DNA of 64,000 nucleotides from Synergistales bacterium (lineage in GTDB: Bacteria; Synergistota; Synergistia; Synergistales; JAFGMB01), in assembly GCA_963666205.1 (NCBI GenBank), contig OY762654.1, positions 518,611-582,610 on the forward strand. Direction: 5' to 3'. The notes under the pieces are model-generated. The model worked only from the letters and a program-made list of their open reading frames with translations, was not told where the DNA came from and ran no database searches. Both the position numbers and the translations under genes were made by a program. Positions 42,389 to 51,520 of this stretch are shown piece after piece; positions within the stretch are counted from its first letter, which is position 1; each line of letters opens with the position of its first letter.

Positions 42389-43518
42389 ACGAATTCACCA
42401 CCAAGGTATATGGTAACTACTGCTTCCTGTCCATAGGTTTCATTGATAGAAATATATTCTCCGCCCTTAACAGCCTTATCCAGTATAATTCGACTACCTG
42501 TGACATCTATCAGCTCTATTTTCAATTGAAGGGGTTTGGTAAGGGGTGGAACCTGATACCTTATCTTTGCAGTTTTACCAGGAATGCCCGCTTCGGTTTT
42601 TTTGACCTCTTCAGGTAGAGTTTCCCGGGGAGCAACTTCAGCTTCACCGGAGTTTTGCGATTCCATACCGGAAGGCTGCTGGACAGGTCGAGAGATCTGT
42701 TCAGTCTTTACCTTTTCAGAATTAGGTGGTGTCCCTCCCATTCCAGGCATGGATACTTTAACTGTATTCTCCTTGACAGGTGCTTCTGTCTTCGCAGTTT
42801 CAGGTACGCCTTCCTTTGCAACTCTTAGTATAACTCCACTCCCTGGATTAACGAGAGTACCGGCCTTAGGGGACAAACCCATGACCATTCCCTGTGGGGT
42901 ATTCATGGTAAGTATATACTCAACATTGGAAACTATCAGGCCACTTTCCTGAATCAGTTTTTGCGCGACTATTTCCTCTCGCTGAAGTACATCAGGAACT
43001 GAGACCTTACCTCCAGCAACAGCAGGCCCCTTACTTATCATAAGATCTATCTTCTGCCCCTTCTCTACCATAGCAGGAGCGGAGGGACTCTGGGCAAGCA
43101 CTACTCCGAGGGGTTTTGTATCATCATTGATCTTGAGGATATCTCCTATGCTAAATCCCAATCCCTCGAGTTTTTTTACAGCCTGATCCTTTTCAAGACC
43201 TCTGATATCTGGTAGAGATGTCCGGTGACCGCCCTTACTTACTTTAAGTATCACTACCTTATTTCTGCCTATTCTAGTTCCGGGTTCAGGCCACTGCGAC
43301 AGAACAGTTCCAGAGGGAAAAGTTGAATCCACCTGCTCCACTCTTACCTCAAGTCCCATTCGTTCAATCTGGCTAACTGCATCCAGAACAGATGTTCCTC
43401 TCATAGGAGGTACAGCTTCGTCCCCTCCTCCCCAGAAAATAGTATGGATTACAGTCGCTCCTGCTCCTACGATCACGAGAAGGACAAGAATCATGGACCA
43501 TCTGAATATCTTTTTCAT
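42367..43518 (-). CDS. Membrane-anchored PASTA-repeat protein without a kinase domain
   Basis: N-terminal TM (WSMILVLLVIVGAGATVI) starting at residue ~7, three PASTA-like repeats, a Pro/Glu-rich linker and a ~70-aa C-terminal beta-rich domain. Confidence 0.8.
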   Translation of the reverse strand: MKKIFRWSMILVLLVIVGAGATVIHTIFWGGGDEAVPPMRGTSVLDAVSQIERMGLEVRVEQVDSTFPSGTVLSQWPEPGTRIGRNKVVILKVSKGGHRTSLPDIRGLEKDQAVKKLEGLGFSIGDILKINDDTKPLGVVLAQSPSAPAMVEKGQKIDLMISKGPAVAGGKVSVPDVLQREEIVAQKLIQESGLIVSNVEYILTMNTPQGMVMGLSPKAGTLVNPGSGVILRVAKEGVPETAKTEAPVKENTVKVSMPGMGGTPPNSEKVKTEQISRPVQQPSGMESQNSGEAEVAPRETLPEEVKKTEAGIPGKTAKIRYQVPPLTKPLQLKIELIDVTGSRIILDKAVKGGEYISINETYGQEAVVTIYLGGEFVWQEKYR

Positions 43519-43532
43519 AAAAAGACCTCCTA

Positions 43533-44849
43533 TCAGTCTTTAGAAATAGCTGCGATGAAGAAACCGTCAAGCCAGGGAAGATCTGGCCATGTGTAAATAC
43601 CAAGAGGTTCTCCCTGTCTTATATGACGATTTTGTAATGGAATATTAACATAATGGCAATTCTTTCGTTCCTTCAGAACGTTCAGGATTACATCTTCATT
43701 CTCATCTCTAAGTAGACTACAGGTAGAGTAGATCACAATTCCTCCAGGTGCAACCATCGAAAGAGCCTTATGAAGCAACTTTTTCTGGAGTGAAGAGCTG
43801 TTTTGCAGGATTTTACTTGAAAGTCTCCACCTGGATTCGGGATGCCTGTTCCAGGTTCCACTTCCGGAACATGGAGCATCCAGAAGAACAAGACCAGGAG
43901 TTCGATCAGTTTTCAGTGTCAGGGAATCACCAGCTCTTATTGACACATTGCCACCAATCCCAAGCCGTTTCATCTCATTTTCTGCAGCTCTTGCCTTCGA
44001 AGGGGATATCTCCCAACCTTCCAGAGAAACATCTGGAAGCATCTGAGCTATCTGACCAAGTTTTATTCCTCTACCCGTACACATGTCAATTATATGACCA
44101 CCATTCCATAAGCGGCTAACTACTTTGCCTACCATCATAGAAGATTCACTCTGGGGCGTCACGTAACCAGAAGAAAACCCGGGAAGCGCTGGAGGATAAG
44201 CTGAGCCAGACAGTCTGATAGAATCTTCTACCAGAGTGGAAGGCCAGGCCCTATATCCATCATGCCTGAGGTTTCTGATGAGATCGTCAGTTTTATCCCC
44301 TGGAAAGGCTCTTAGAGAAAGGTAGGATCTCATGCGATGAAGCTTCATAAGTTTCAGGAGAGATGGACTATCCATATATTTCTGCCAACGAAGGACGATC
44401 CAGTATGGTATACCGCAGACAAGGGCTCTTTCCTGAATGTTGTCATTCTTTACAAGACTATCAAGGATTTGGGCTCCTTCTTCTGAAACCTTTCTCAGAA
44501 CAGCATTTACTAATTTGGCACCGCCAGTATTTCCTCGGGCTTTCAAAGACTGTACCAGGCCATTTACAAGAACTCTGGATGAAAAATGACGAAGGTCCAA
44601 TATCCCGGCTGTTCCAAGAACAAGTACATCCCGCACATCGGGAGAAAGTTTTTTGATGGGTAACCTGAGGAATCTGAATGCAATATTTTCCCAAAGTTCA
44701 GTTCTTCGCAGACTGGAATATACAAGAAGGGATAAAAGAGTCCTATCCGAAGCAGAAAGGTCCTTACCATGCCTGCGGATTGATTCACTTGCGAACAACC
44801 CTCTCCGGACATCCTTAAGAATAAGGGTTGAAACTTCAATGCCCCTCAT
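43533..44849 (-). CDS. rsmB: 16S rRNA (cytosine-C5)-methyltransferase RsmB/Sun
   Basis: NusB-like N-domain plus SAM methyltransferase motifs DMCTGRGIK, LLDAPCSGSGT, YSTCS. Confidence 0.85.
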   Translation of the reverse strand: MRGIEVSTLILKDVRRGLFASESIRRHGKDLSASDRTLLSLLVYSSLRRTELWENIAFRFLRLPIKKLSPDVRDVLVLGTAGILDLRHFSSRVLVNGLVQSLKARGNTGGAKLVNAVLRKVSEEGAQILDSLVKNDNIQERALVCGIPYWIVLRWQKYMDSPSLLKLMKLHRMRSYLSLRAFPGDKTDDLIRNLRHDGYRAWPSTLVEDSIRLSGSAYPPALPGFSSGYVTPQSESSMMVGKVVSRLWNGGHIIDMCTGRGIKLGQIAQMLPDVSLEGWEISPSKARAAENEMKRLGIGGNVSIRAGDSLTLKTDRTPGLVLLDAPCSGSGTWNRHPESRWRLSSKILQNSSSLQKKLLHKALSMVAPGGIVIYSTCSLLRDENEDVILNVLKERKNCHYVNIPLQNRHIRQGEPLGIYTWPDLPWLDGFFIAAISKD

Positions 44850-45541
44850 CAGTCCAATATCTCCGGGATGATAACCCTGTCTGCAGATCTTGTAGCGACG
44901 AACAACTCTGTGGAACCCAGTATGGTAATGCCACCCACAGATCTGGAACCATTCCTGACTTCAACTCCTGTTATCTCAAGATCTGAAACATCTTTGAGTG
45001 TCGTAACACAAGACTGTACGAACCGGCTTGTAAAGGGCCCGATGAAGTTAGCTATCACAAGTGCCAGCAATACATTTATAAAACCCAGATTACCGCTGAG
45101 AAAAAGAAGAAGTAGAAAGATCACTGAAGATAGCACATTGACCACAACGATAGTTGTCCCACACCTGGGGTGTACTGCAAGAGCAGTTTCACCATTCTGC
45201 ATCCTTTTAAGGGCTGATCTGGAAGCATTTAGAACTATCTGGGGATCAAGGCCCACCTTCAGGGTAAAACCGTCTTCGAAAGCCATCCCCTCGATATTTG
45301 CATTTCCGAAACGCTCCTCTATGATATGTATGGTACCATGTTCCAATGCATGATTCTGTCTTACCTTTCTGTTGAACATAAGCTTCAACAGATGGGTTGG
45401 CCCCAGAATAAGCCATAAAACAGATCTACCGGCAAAACCAAGAGGAATAAGAAGAAGCATTGAAAGCAGAAAAAAAATGAGAAGAATAAGGGCCAACCAT
45501 GGCATAACAAAAAACAGAAGAAGTAAAATTATTAAAGGCAT
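44849..45541 (-). CDS. Membrane protein with NHALEHGT / HPRCGT motifs (DUF1385/YqhQ-like signature?)
   Basis: N-terminal TMs, a soluble ~90-aa segment bearing HALEH and HPRCGT, then C-terminal TMs. The motif pair recalls DUF1385-type putative metal-binding proteins (from memory). Confidence 0.6.
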   Translation of the reverse strand: MPLIILLLLFFVMPWLALILLIFFLLSMLLLIPLGFAGRSVLWLILGPTHLLKLMFNRKVRQNHALEHGTIHIIEERFGNANIEGMAFEDGFTLKVGLDPQIVLNASRSALKRMQNGETALAVHPRCGTTIVVVNVLSSVIFLLLLFLSGNLGFINVLLALVIANFIGPFTSRFVQSCVTTLKDVSDLEITGVEVRNGSRSVGGITILGSTELFVATRSADRVIIPEILD

Positions 45542-45635
45542 CTTTTAGTTAAAATCCTTTCATATAGAAAATGAGGTGGCTCTATATAGCCACCTCATCA
45601 TAATACATCATACGTCACCCGGAAACAGCAAAAAA

Positions 45636-46331
45636 TCAATCCCGACTGCCAAACATGCCCCTGAGAAGGACAAGGCGCAAGAGCTGTGCAAAAGCCATCA
45701 CTGTAGCGGATACATAGGTCAGGGAAGCTGCACGGAGAACTGCTCTGGCTCCTCCGATCTCATCACTGGCTAAAAGACCTGTATCTGCAAGGACCCTCAG
45801 TGCTCTGGAACTCGCATCGAACTCAACAGGCAGAGTTATAAGGTGAAAAACAATAACCCCAAGGAAGAGCAGGATTCCCAGATCCATAAGCGTCTGTCCC
45901 CTGAAGAGGAGACCTATGAAAAACAGGGGAAAAGCCATTGTTGAGCCAATACTTACTACAGGCACAACAGCATTTCTAAGCTTCAGGGGAAGATAGTCTG
46001 ACTTATCCTGGATAGCATGGCCGACTTCATGGGCTGCTACTCCTATGGCTGCAATGCTTGAACTCCCATACACACCCTGAGAAAGGCTCAAGGATTTGTT
46101 TCTCGGATCATAATGATCTGTAAGATTACCCGGGATTTTATTCACCGGGATATGACCTAGATCAAATTTATTTAACAGGATCCTTGCGACTTCTTCAGAA
46201 GTTGTGCCCTGCCTGGAAAAAACCCTGCTGTATCTTGCGTATGCTCCCTTTACCTGAGACTGTGCCCAAAGAGCAAAGAGTAGAGCAGGTATAAGAAGCA
46301 TGAATGTTGGATCAAAAAAGAATGGGAACAT
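45636..46331 (-). CDS. YugP-type membrane zinc metallopeptidase
   Basis: HEVGHAIQ zinc motif flanked by TM segments. 231 aa. Confidence 0.85.
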   Translation of the reverse strand: MFPFFFDPTFMLLIPALLFALWAQSQVKGAYARYSRVFSRQGTTSEEVARILLNKFDLGHIPVNKIPGNLTDHYDPRNKSLSLSQGVYGSSSIAAIGVAAHEVGHAIQDKSDYLPLKLRNAVVPVVSIGSTMAFPLFFIGLLFRGQTLMDLGILLFLGVIVFHLITLPVEFDASSRALRVLADTGLLASDEIGGARAVLRAASLTYVSATVMAFAQLLRLVLLRGMFGSRD

Positions 46332-46484
46332 CTCCCATCACCCCCCATATATATCTGTGTAAAATACAGTCACTCTTTTTTCACCAGGGAATCATCACTT
46401 ACCCCACTAAATGGTACACTCCCTGGACAAATCTGCAATCAGTATTTTACACATTTCACGCAGAATGGTCAACCTTGGTCAGGA

Positions 46485-47624
46485 CTACTTCCTTCCGTAG
46501 AATTCCGCCATTGAGGATACAACCCATTCCTGTTCTTCTGCTGTAAGTTCTGGAAATACCGGGAGCGCGATAGTTTTTGACGCAAGTTCCTCTGATACTG
46601 GAAAATCTCCTGTCCTGTATCCCAGATATTCAAAGCAGTGCTGCTGATGCAGGCTGAGAGGATAGTAGATCCGGGTTGTTATACCTTTTTCCGCAAGAAA
46701 GACCTGAAGTTCGTTTCTTTTTTCAGCAGTACAAACGTACTGATGATATATATGATAATTTCCATCCAGCTCTACAGGAGGCTTGACCAGATCCAGAAGG
46801 CCATACTCACCAAAGAGGGTATTATATCTGTCAGCCACCAATCTCCGCTCCTCTGTCCATTCATCCAGATGTCTCAGTTTTACCCTGAGAACTGCAGCCT
46901 GGATGGCATCCAGGCGACTGTTAAGACCAACTTCTTCATGGAAATATGTTGTCCCTGCACCATGAACTCTCAAGCGGGCAAGTTTCTGAGCCAGATCATC
47001 GTCAGGAGAAACTATCATTCCCCCATCGCCGAAACCTCCCAGGTTTTTCGTCGGGAAAAAGGAAAAACATCCAGCCCTACCCCATGAACCTGCCCTGATA
47101 ATGGTATTTCCTACCTGCCTCCAGGAACCGAAGGCCTGAGCTGCATCTTCTATAATATCAATTCCCTGTGAGGCAAGTTCTTTCATACAATTCTCCAAAG
47201 GAGCCATCTGACCAAAAATATGGACTGGAAGTACAGCCCTGGTTTTATCTGATGTCTTCTCCATCACCTGATCCATATCCATTATATAGGTCTGAGGATC
47301 CACATCGACAAATACGGGGCGTGCTCCTACCCTGGTTATACAGCTGACCGTAGCAAAAAAGCTATAAGGAGTAGTAATAACTTCGTCCCCTTCCTTGATG
47401 TCAAGAGCCATGAGAGCCAGGACAAGGGCATCTGTTCCGGAGGCACAGCCTATAGCATGTTCGACCTCAAGGTAGGAGGCAACTTCGTTCTCAAATGCCT
47501 TGACTTCAGGTCCCATGATAAAATACTGACTTTCAAGCACTGAGTTAACAGCTTCTTTAATTTCATCCTTGATCCTGACGTAATTTCGTTTCAGATCAAG
47601 GGAAGGCAGGTTCCGTTCCTTCAT
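46485..47624 (-). CDS. DegT/DnrJ/EryC1/StrS-family PLP-dependent sugar aminotransferase
   Basis: Family-typical sequence throughout. Start set to ATG 47624, which has an AGGAGG RBS 6 nt upstream. Confidence 0.85.
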   Translation of the reverse strand: MKERNLPSLDLKRNYVRIKDEIKEAVNSVLESQYFIMGPEVKAFENEVASYLEVEHAIGCASGTDALVLALMALDIKEGDEVITTPYSFFATVSCITRVGARPVFVDVDPQTYIMDMDQVMEKTSDKTRAVLPVHIFGQMAPLENCMKELASQGIDIIEDAAQAFGSWRQVGNTIIRAGSWGRAGCFSFFPTKNLGGFGDGGMIVSPDDDLAQKLARLRVHGAGTTYFHEEVGLNSRLDAIQAAVLRVKLRHLDEWTEERRLVADRYNTLFGEYGLLDLVKPPVELDGNYHIYHQYVCTAEKRNELQVFLAEKGITTRIYYPLSLHQQHCFEYLGYRTGDFPVSEELASKTIALPVFPELTAEEQEWVVSSMAEFYGRK

Positions 47625-47718
47625 AATTAACCTCCTAGGCATATTGAAGATTTATGGTTTTAACTTTAAATTCAGGTACCACTATCTATTTTCCCCATAA
47701 ACTGATAGATTTTTGCAT

Positions 47719-47746
47719 AAAAAAAGAGGACAGACAAGCTGTCCCC
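47719..47746 (-). terminator. Intrinsic terminator after the GntR gene
   Basis: ggacag / ctgtcc stem followed on the minus strand by TCTTTTTTT. Confidence 0.6.
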
Positions 47747-47771
47747 GGATAATTAAATTCACCCCATGGAA

Positions 47772-48425
47772 TTACTTCTCTGGAGTTCTCAATCCTTCGA
47801 TGGCATTTTTCAGGTGTCCTCTTACCAGTTCAACACATTTTTCAGCATCGTGCTGTTTTAGCGCAGTCAGTATAGCTCGATGTTCATCTATGCTGGGATG
47901 GGATTCAAGTTCATAGAAAGGATCGTAGAAAACTACATACGCATTTGTACGGGCAAGGATATTTTCGATATACTCAGACAGCACTCTATTTCCGCTAGCA
48001 TCAGCAATAGCCTTGTGAAAAGACTCATTGACTTCCAGATAGGCCTCAAGATCCCTATCCTCAATTGAGCGGACCTCTTCCACCATTGCTTCCTCAAGCC
48101 TTCTGAGATGCCTGTCAGAAATATTTTCAACTGCAAGCCTTACGGCAAGGGTTTCTAATTGTTCCCGGACCATATAAGTATCTTTTATCTCCCGGGTAGT
48201 AGGAGCAGCAAGTCTGGCTCCGCTGTTCGGAATTATAATAACAAGACCTTCACTGGCAAGTCTTCTCAAAGCCTCTCTCACTGGTGTCCTGCTAACTCCC
48301 ATTTGTACAGCAATATTAACTTCAGGCAGTCTTTGTCCCGGCTTTAACTGCTTTGTTATAATCTTGTGTCTTAATTCCTGATATGCGTAATCTGCTGATG
48401 TGGTATAGAGACGAGGTTCTCTCAT
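47772..48425 (-). CDS. GntR-family regulator with FCD domain
   Basis: wHTH (EVNIAVQMGVSRTPVREALRRLASEGLV) plus an FCD-like C-terminus. Start set at MREPRLY, which has a GAGGGAGG RBS. Confidence 0.85.
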   Translation of the reverse strand: MREPRLYTTSADYAYQELRHKIITKQLKPGQRLPEVNIAVQMGVSRTPVREALRRLASEGLVIIIPNSGARLAAPTTREIKDTYMVREQLETLAVRLAVENISDRHLRRLEEAMVEEVRSIEDRDLEAYLEVNESFHKAIADASGNRVLSEYIENILARTNAYVVFYDPFYELESHPSIDEHRAILTALKQHDAEKCVELVRGHLKNAIEGLRTPEK

Positions 48426-48658
48426 ATATTTTTCCTCCCTCACTAGAAAGTTCGAAATTGAAAAGAACATACAGAATTGTATAAGAGTCAATCATGTATA
48501 AACGGATGTAACATTAACATATAACCGTAAAGTACACAAGTCTCTACAATCTTTCCCGAAACTCAAAGGAAGAGAGATCTTCACTGTTTATAAAGCCATG
48601 TGAGTGTATAATGCTTTTGGTTCCTGAACAAACTGAGCTCCTGACAGGAGGTAAGAAA

Positions 48659-48877
48659 ATGCGGTTAACTATTCTTGTCCTTTCTATCGCTTCAATAGTG
48701 TTTTATGGACATGCCCTGGCAGGATTGGGGGGGTATTTTTTAGACAAGGGAAGACCCGACCTAATAATTGTCGGACTTACAGGAGGTACTTCTTCTGCAA
48801 TATTTGCATTGTGGCTATGGAAAAAATATCTTACAGAACTCGAAAAGGAACTTAATGAAAAAAAGAAGACCAGGTGA
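48659..48877 (+). CDS. Small two-TM membrane protein (72 aa)
   Basis: AGGAGG RBS 8 nt upstream of ATG 48659. Two hydrophobic helices followed by a Lys/Glu-rich tail. Confidence 0.5.
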   Translation: MRLTILVLSIASIVFYGHALAGLGGYFLDKGRPDLIIVGLTGGTSSAIFALWLWKKYLTELEKELNEKKKTR

Positions 48878-49122
48878 AATCTTCCCCCCCCATATAACGA
48901 CAGATCACTCTTTAATATCATTCGCATTTCTTATGAACCAGACTGGAATGCTTTCACTCTATTTGGTGAATCATTGAGCAGGGATATCCCCCAAATACGT
49001 AATGATCATTACTTTCTTAAAAAGATCTTTTCAGAAGCCTGGCCGTTATGTCCCAGCAGGAAAAGGAAGATATGCTCATTTACTGGCCGGGAAATTGCCG
49101 AGACTGTTCTGGAGGAAATGCT

Positions 49123-50475
49123 TCAAACAGACCATGCCTTTTTCAGTTCCCTTATGACTGATTCCATTTCTTTGCTCTCAATGGAACTGACTGAAAACCT
49201 TACTGCTTCGATCTTTTTACCTGTCCATGAAAAACGATTGCCCGAGATAACGGCAATTCCCGCATCTGCAGCAAGTTCTTGTGCAGTATCCCCTTCCAGA
49301 CCAGGTGTTTCAAGCCAGAGATAAATTCCACCTTCAGGAACAGTAAAAGAGAAATCGGGAAGGACCTTCCGTATAGCCTGGACAAGGGCTGCCATTCTTG
49401 ATGCTATAGTAAATCTTGCAAGATTAAGGGCTTCCTCAAGACCTCCACCCCTGATAAATTGCATGACCAGATATTGAACAAGGGAAGAAACAGGACCAGA
49501 CCTGCGAGACTGTATCCGGGACCATGACGCCATGATATCCTCGGGAAGAAGAGAATAGCCGAGCCTGAGACCTGGAAACAGAGCCTGGCTGAAGGATCCA
49601 AGATAGATAACCCTTTCCGAACCAGTCATCGCTTTCAGTGCCGGAACAGTAAACTCGCCGTACCGAAGCTCTCCGTAGGCATCATCTTCAAGAATCCATA
49701 AATCCCTTTCCATACTGTTTTCAAGGATAATTCGTCTTATTTCTGTTGGAATGGTCCCTCCAGTGGGATTCTGAAAACTTGGGACCAGGTAAAGAGCATC
49801 AGTATTCTTTAATTTCGAGAGAATTTCGGGCATTAAACTGTAATCTATGGGGATAACGCCAAGGTCCAACCCCTGGTACCTGGCGATATCAACTGCATCA
49901 GGATAGGTCAGTTCTTCCATCCACAATCTGGTTACGCCTGCAGTTTTCAGGGCAGCCATGGAAAGGGCTAAACCCTCTCTGCCACCCGAGGTCACAAAAA
50001 CATCTTCCCATCGGGCAGGGATACCTCTAGATACAGCATGGGTAACGAGTTCTTTTCTTAGTTCCGGAACCCCTTCAAGGTCTGGAAAACCCAGAACTTT
50101 CTCCCCAGTCTCAATGAGAAGTTCCCTGGCCACCTTTGCAAGATTTCTCGAAGGAATCAGATCATCGGATGGTGCTCCTGAAGCCATGTCCCACTTAATA
50201 TCGATAATCTCCTGTTTTCTTTCAGTTTTACATGACTTCCAACATATGTAAGCTCCGCTGCGTCCTTTCTGGGTCAGAAAACCTTCATCTTCAAGACTAT
50301 GATAAGCTTCAATAACAGTCGTACGACTTACCGAAAGCGAGAAAGCCAACTCCCGTGATCCTGGAAGTTTAATGCCTTCCTGAAGGGATCCACTAACGAT
50401 CATTTTTTTTAAATGCCTGGCTATCTGTTCATAAAGAGGTATCTTCGATTCTCGCTCAAGAGGTATCTCTATCAC
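49123..50475 (-). CDS. MocR-family regulator (GntR wHTH fused to a class-I aminotransferase fold)
   Basis: wHTH (LPGSRELAFSLSVSRTTVIEAYHSLEDEGF) plus an AAT-like domain. Start set to GTG 50475, which has an AAAGGAGGAA RBS. Confidence 0.85.
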   Translation of the reverse strand: MIEIPLERESKIPLYEQIARHLKKMIVSGSLQEGIKLPGSRELAFSLSVSRTTVIEAYHSLEDEGFLTQKGRSGAYICWKSCKTERKQEIIDIKWDMASGAPSDDLIPSRNLAKVARELLIETGEKVLGFPDLEGVPELRKELVTHAVSRGIPARWEDVFVTSGGREGLALSMAALKTAGVTRLWMEELTYPDAVDIARYQGLDLGVIPIDYSLMPEILSKLKNTDALYLVPSFQNPTGGTIPTEIRRIILENSMERDLWILEDDAYGELRYGEFTVPALKAMTGSERVIYLGSFSQALFPGLRLGYSLLPEDIMASWSRIQSRRSGPVSSLVQYLVMQFIRGGGLEEALNLARFTIASRMAALVQAIRKVLPDFSFTVPEGGIYLWLETPGLEGDTAQELAADAGIAVISGNRFSWTGKKIEAVRFSVSSIESKEMESVIRELKKAWSV

Positions 50476-50621
50476 AGATTTTCCTCCTTTATAATGAATA
50501 AAGAGGGTCTTCTCTCTCAACCCGGATTTATTATACTTCAGATGACCATCTCTTTCCCTTGTATAACCCTTTCATAGCAATTAGAATTCCTTCATGTATT
50601 TACAGAAAGGGAGGAGATAAT

Positions 50622-51470
50622 ATGCAGGAACAAATTATTGATCATGATGGTGATTACTGCCTCATTTTTGATGTCGATAATGTTCTTATCAACACAGACC
50701 GCTCCTTCCCGTGGGTTATCAGGACTTCTATTCAGTGGTTATGGAAGTTTTACCTTAACAGGGATATTGACTGTATTGCCTTCACGTGGGAACACTTCAG
50801 AACCATCAAGGGCTTTCCCCAATTCAATGACGACTATGATATCGCCTGGTTCCTCATCAACGCAGCTGCAACCAGAAACATAAAGAGTTTACGAGAGAGC
50901 TTTCCTAATATTGATGAAATTGTAAACATACTTACCGACTTTGGAGAAGAAGACGTTCAGTTATGGGTAAAAAATCTTTATGGAGAAACTGTGCCAAGGA
51001 GATTGACCAGAAAATTATGTGCAGAACTATACTATGGAAATGAAGATTTTCAGAAGATCTCAGGCAAAGAACCCACCTTGGTAAGATGCCCTGGCTTCTG
51101 GAAACGGGAACGCCCTTACATCGACACTCACTGGAAAGATTTCCCCGTTCCAGTGGGCATTTATACTGGACGGTACAGGGATGAACTAGACCTGGCCCTG
51201 AATCTCCTGGGATGGAGTGACTTCCCTTCCGAACTTGCAATAACAGGTGATAGCGGGATAACTAAACCGTCACCGGAAGGGCTCAGGATCCTATGCAGAA
51301 GAATGGATAACAAGATCCCTATTTATTTCGGAGATGCTGAAAGTGACAGGAAAAGCATGGAAAACCTTGGTTTCGGAACTTTTATTGCCATTGGGGAAGT
51401 ACTGACAGATTATCCCAGGCGCTACCAGGATCTTAATAGAGCACTGTCTGATCTTGGAATAGTTCGATAA
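50622..51470 (+). CDS. HAD-superfamily hydrolase-like protein
   Basis: Motif I FDVDNVL and motif IV GDAESD. Start at ATG 50622, which has a GGAGGAG RBS. Divergent from the MocR gene. Confidence 0.6.
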   Translation: MQEQIIDHDGDYCLIFDVDNVLINTDRSFPWVIRTSIQWLWKFYLNRDIDCIAFTWEHFRTIKGFPQFNDDYDIAWFLINAAATRNIKSLRESFPNIDEIVNILTDFGEEDVQLWVKNLYGETVPRRLTRKLCAELYYGNEDFQKISGKEPTLVRCPGFWKRERPYIDTHWKDFPVPVGIYTGRYRDELDLALNLLGWSDFPSELAITGDSGITKPSPEGLRILCRRMDNKIPIYFGDAESDRKSMENLGFGTFIAIGEVLTDYPRRYQDLNRALSDLGIVR

Positions 51471-51508
51471 CAAGAGGGGCCTCCTGTACCGACGAGGCCC
51501 CTCTTGTT
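51469..51508. terminator. Bidirectional intrinsic terminator (15-bp stem)
   Basis: aacaagaggggcctc / gaggcccctcttgtt with a 10-nt loop, between convergent genes. Confidence 0.8.
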
Positions 51509-51520
51509 ATTAGTTCAGTT

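Noticed and set aside
48878-49324. 245-nt gene-less gap and the track ORF 48974-49324 (116 aa, plus strand).
   Set aside because: That ORF starts at TTG without an RBS, and about 200 nt of it runs antisense into the 3' end of the MocR gene. I found no convincing decayed gene in any frame.
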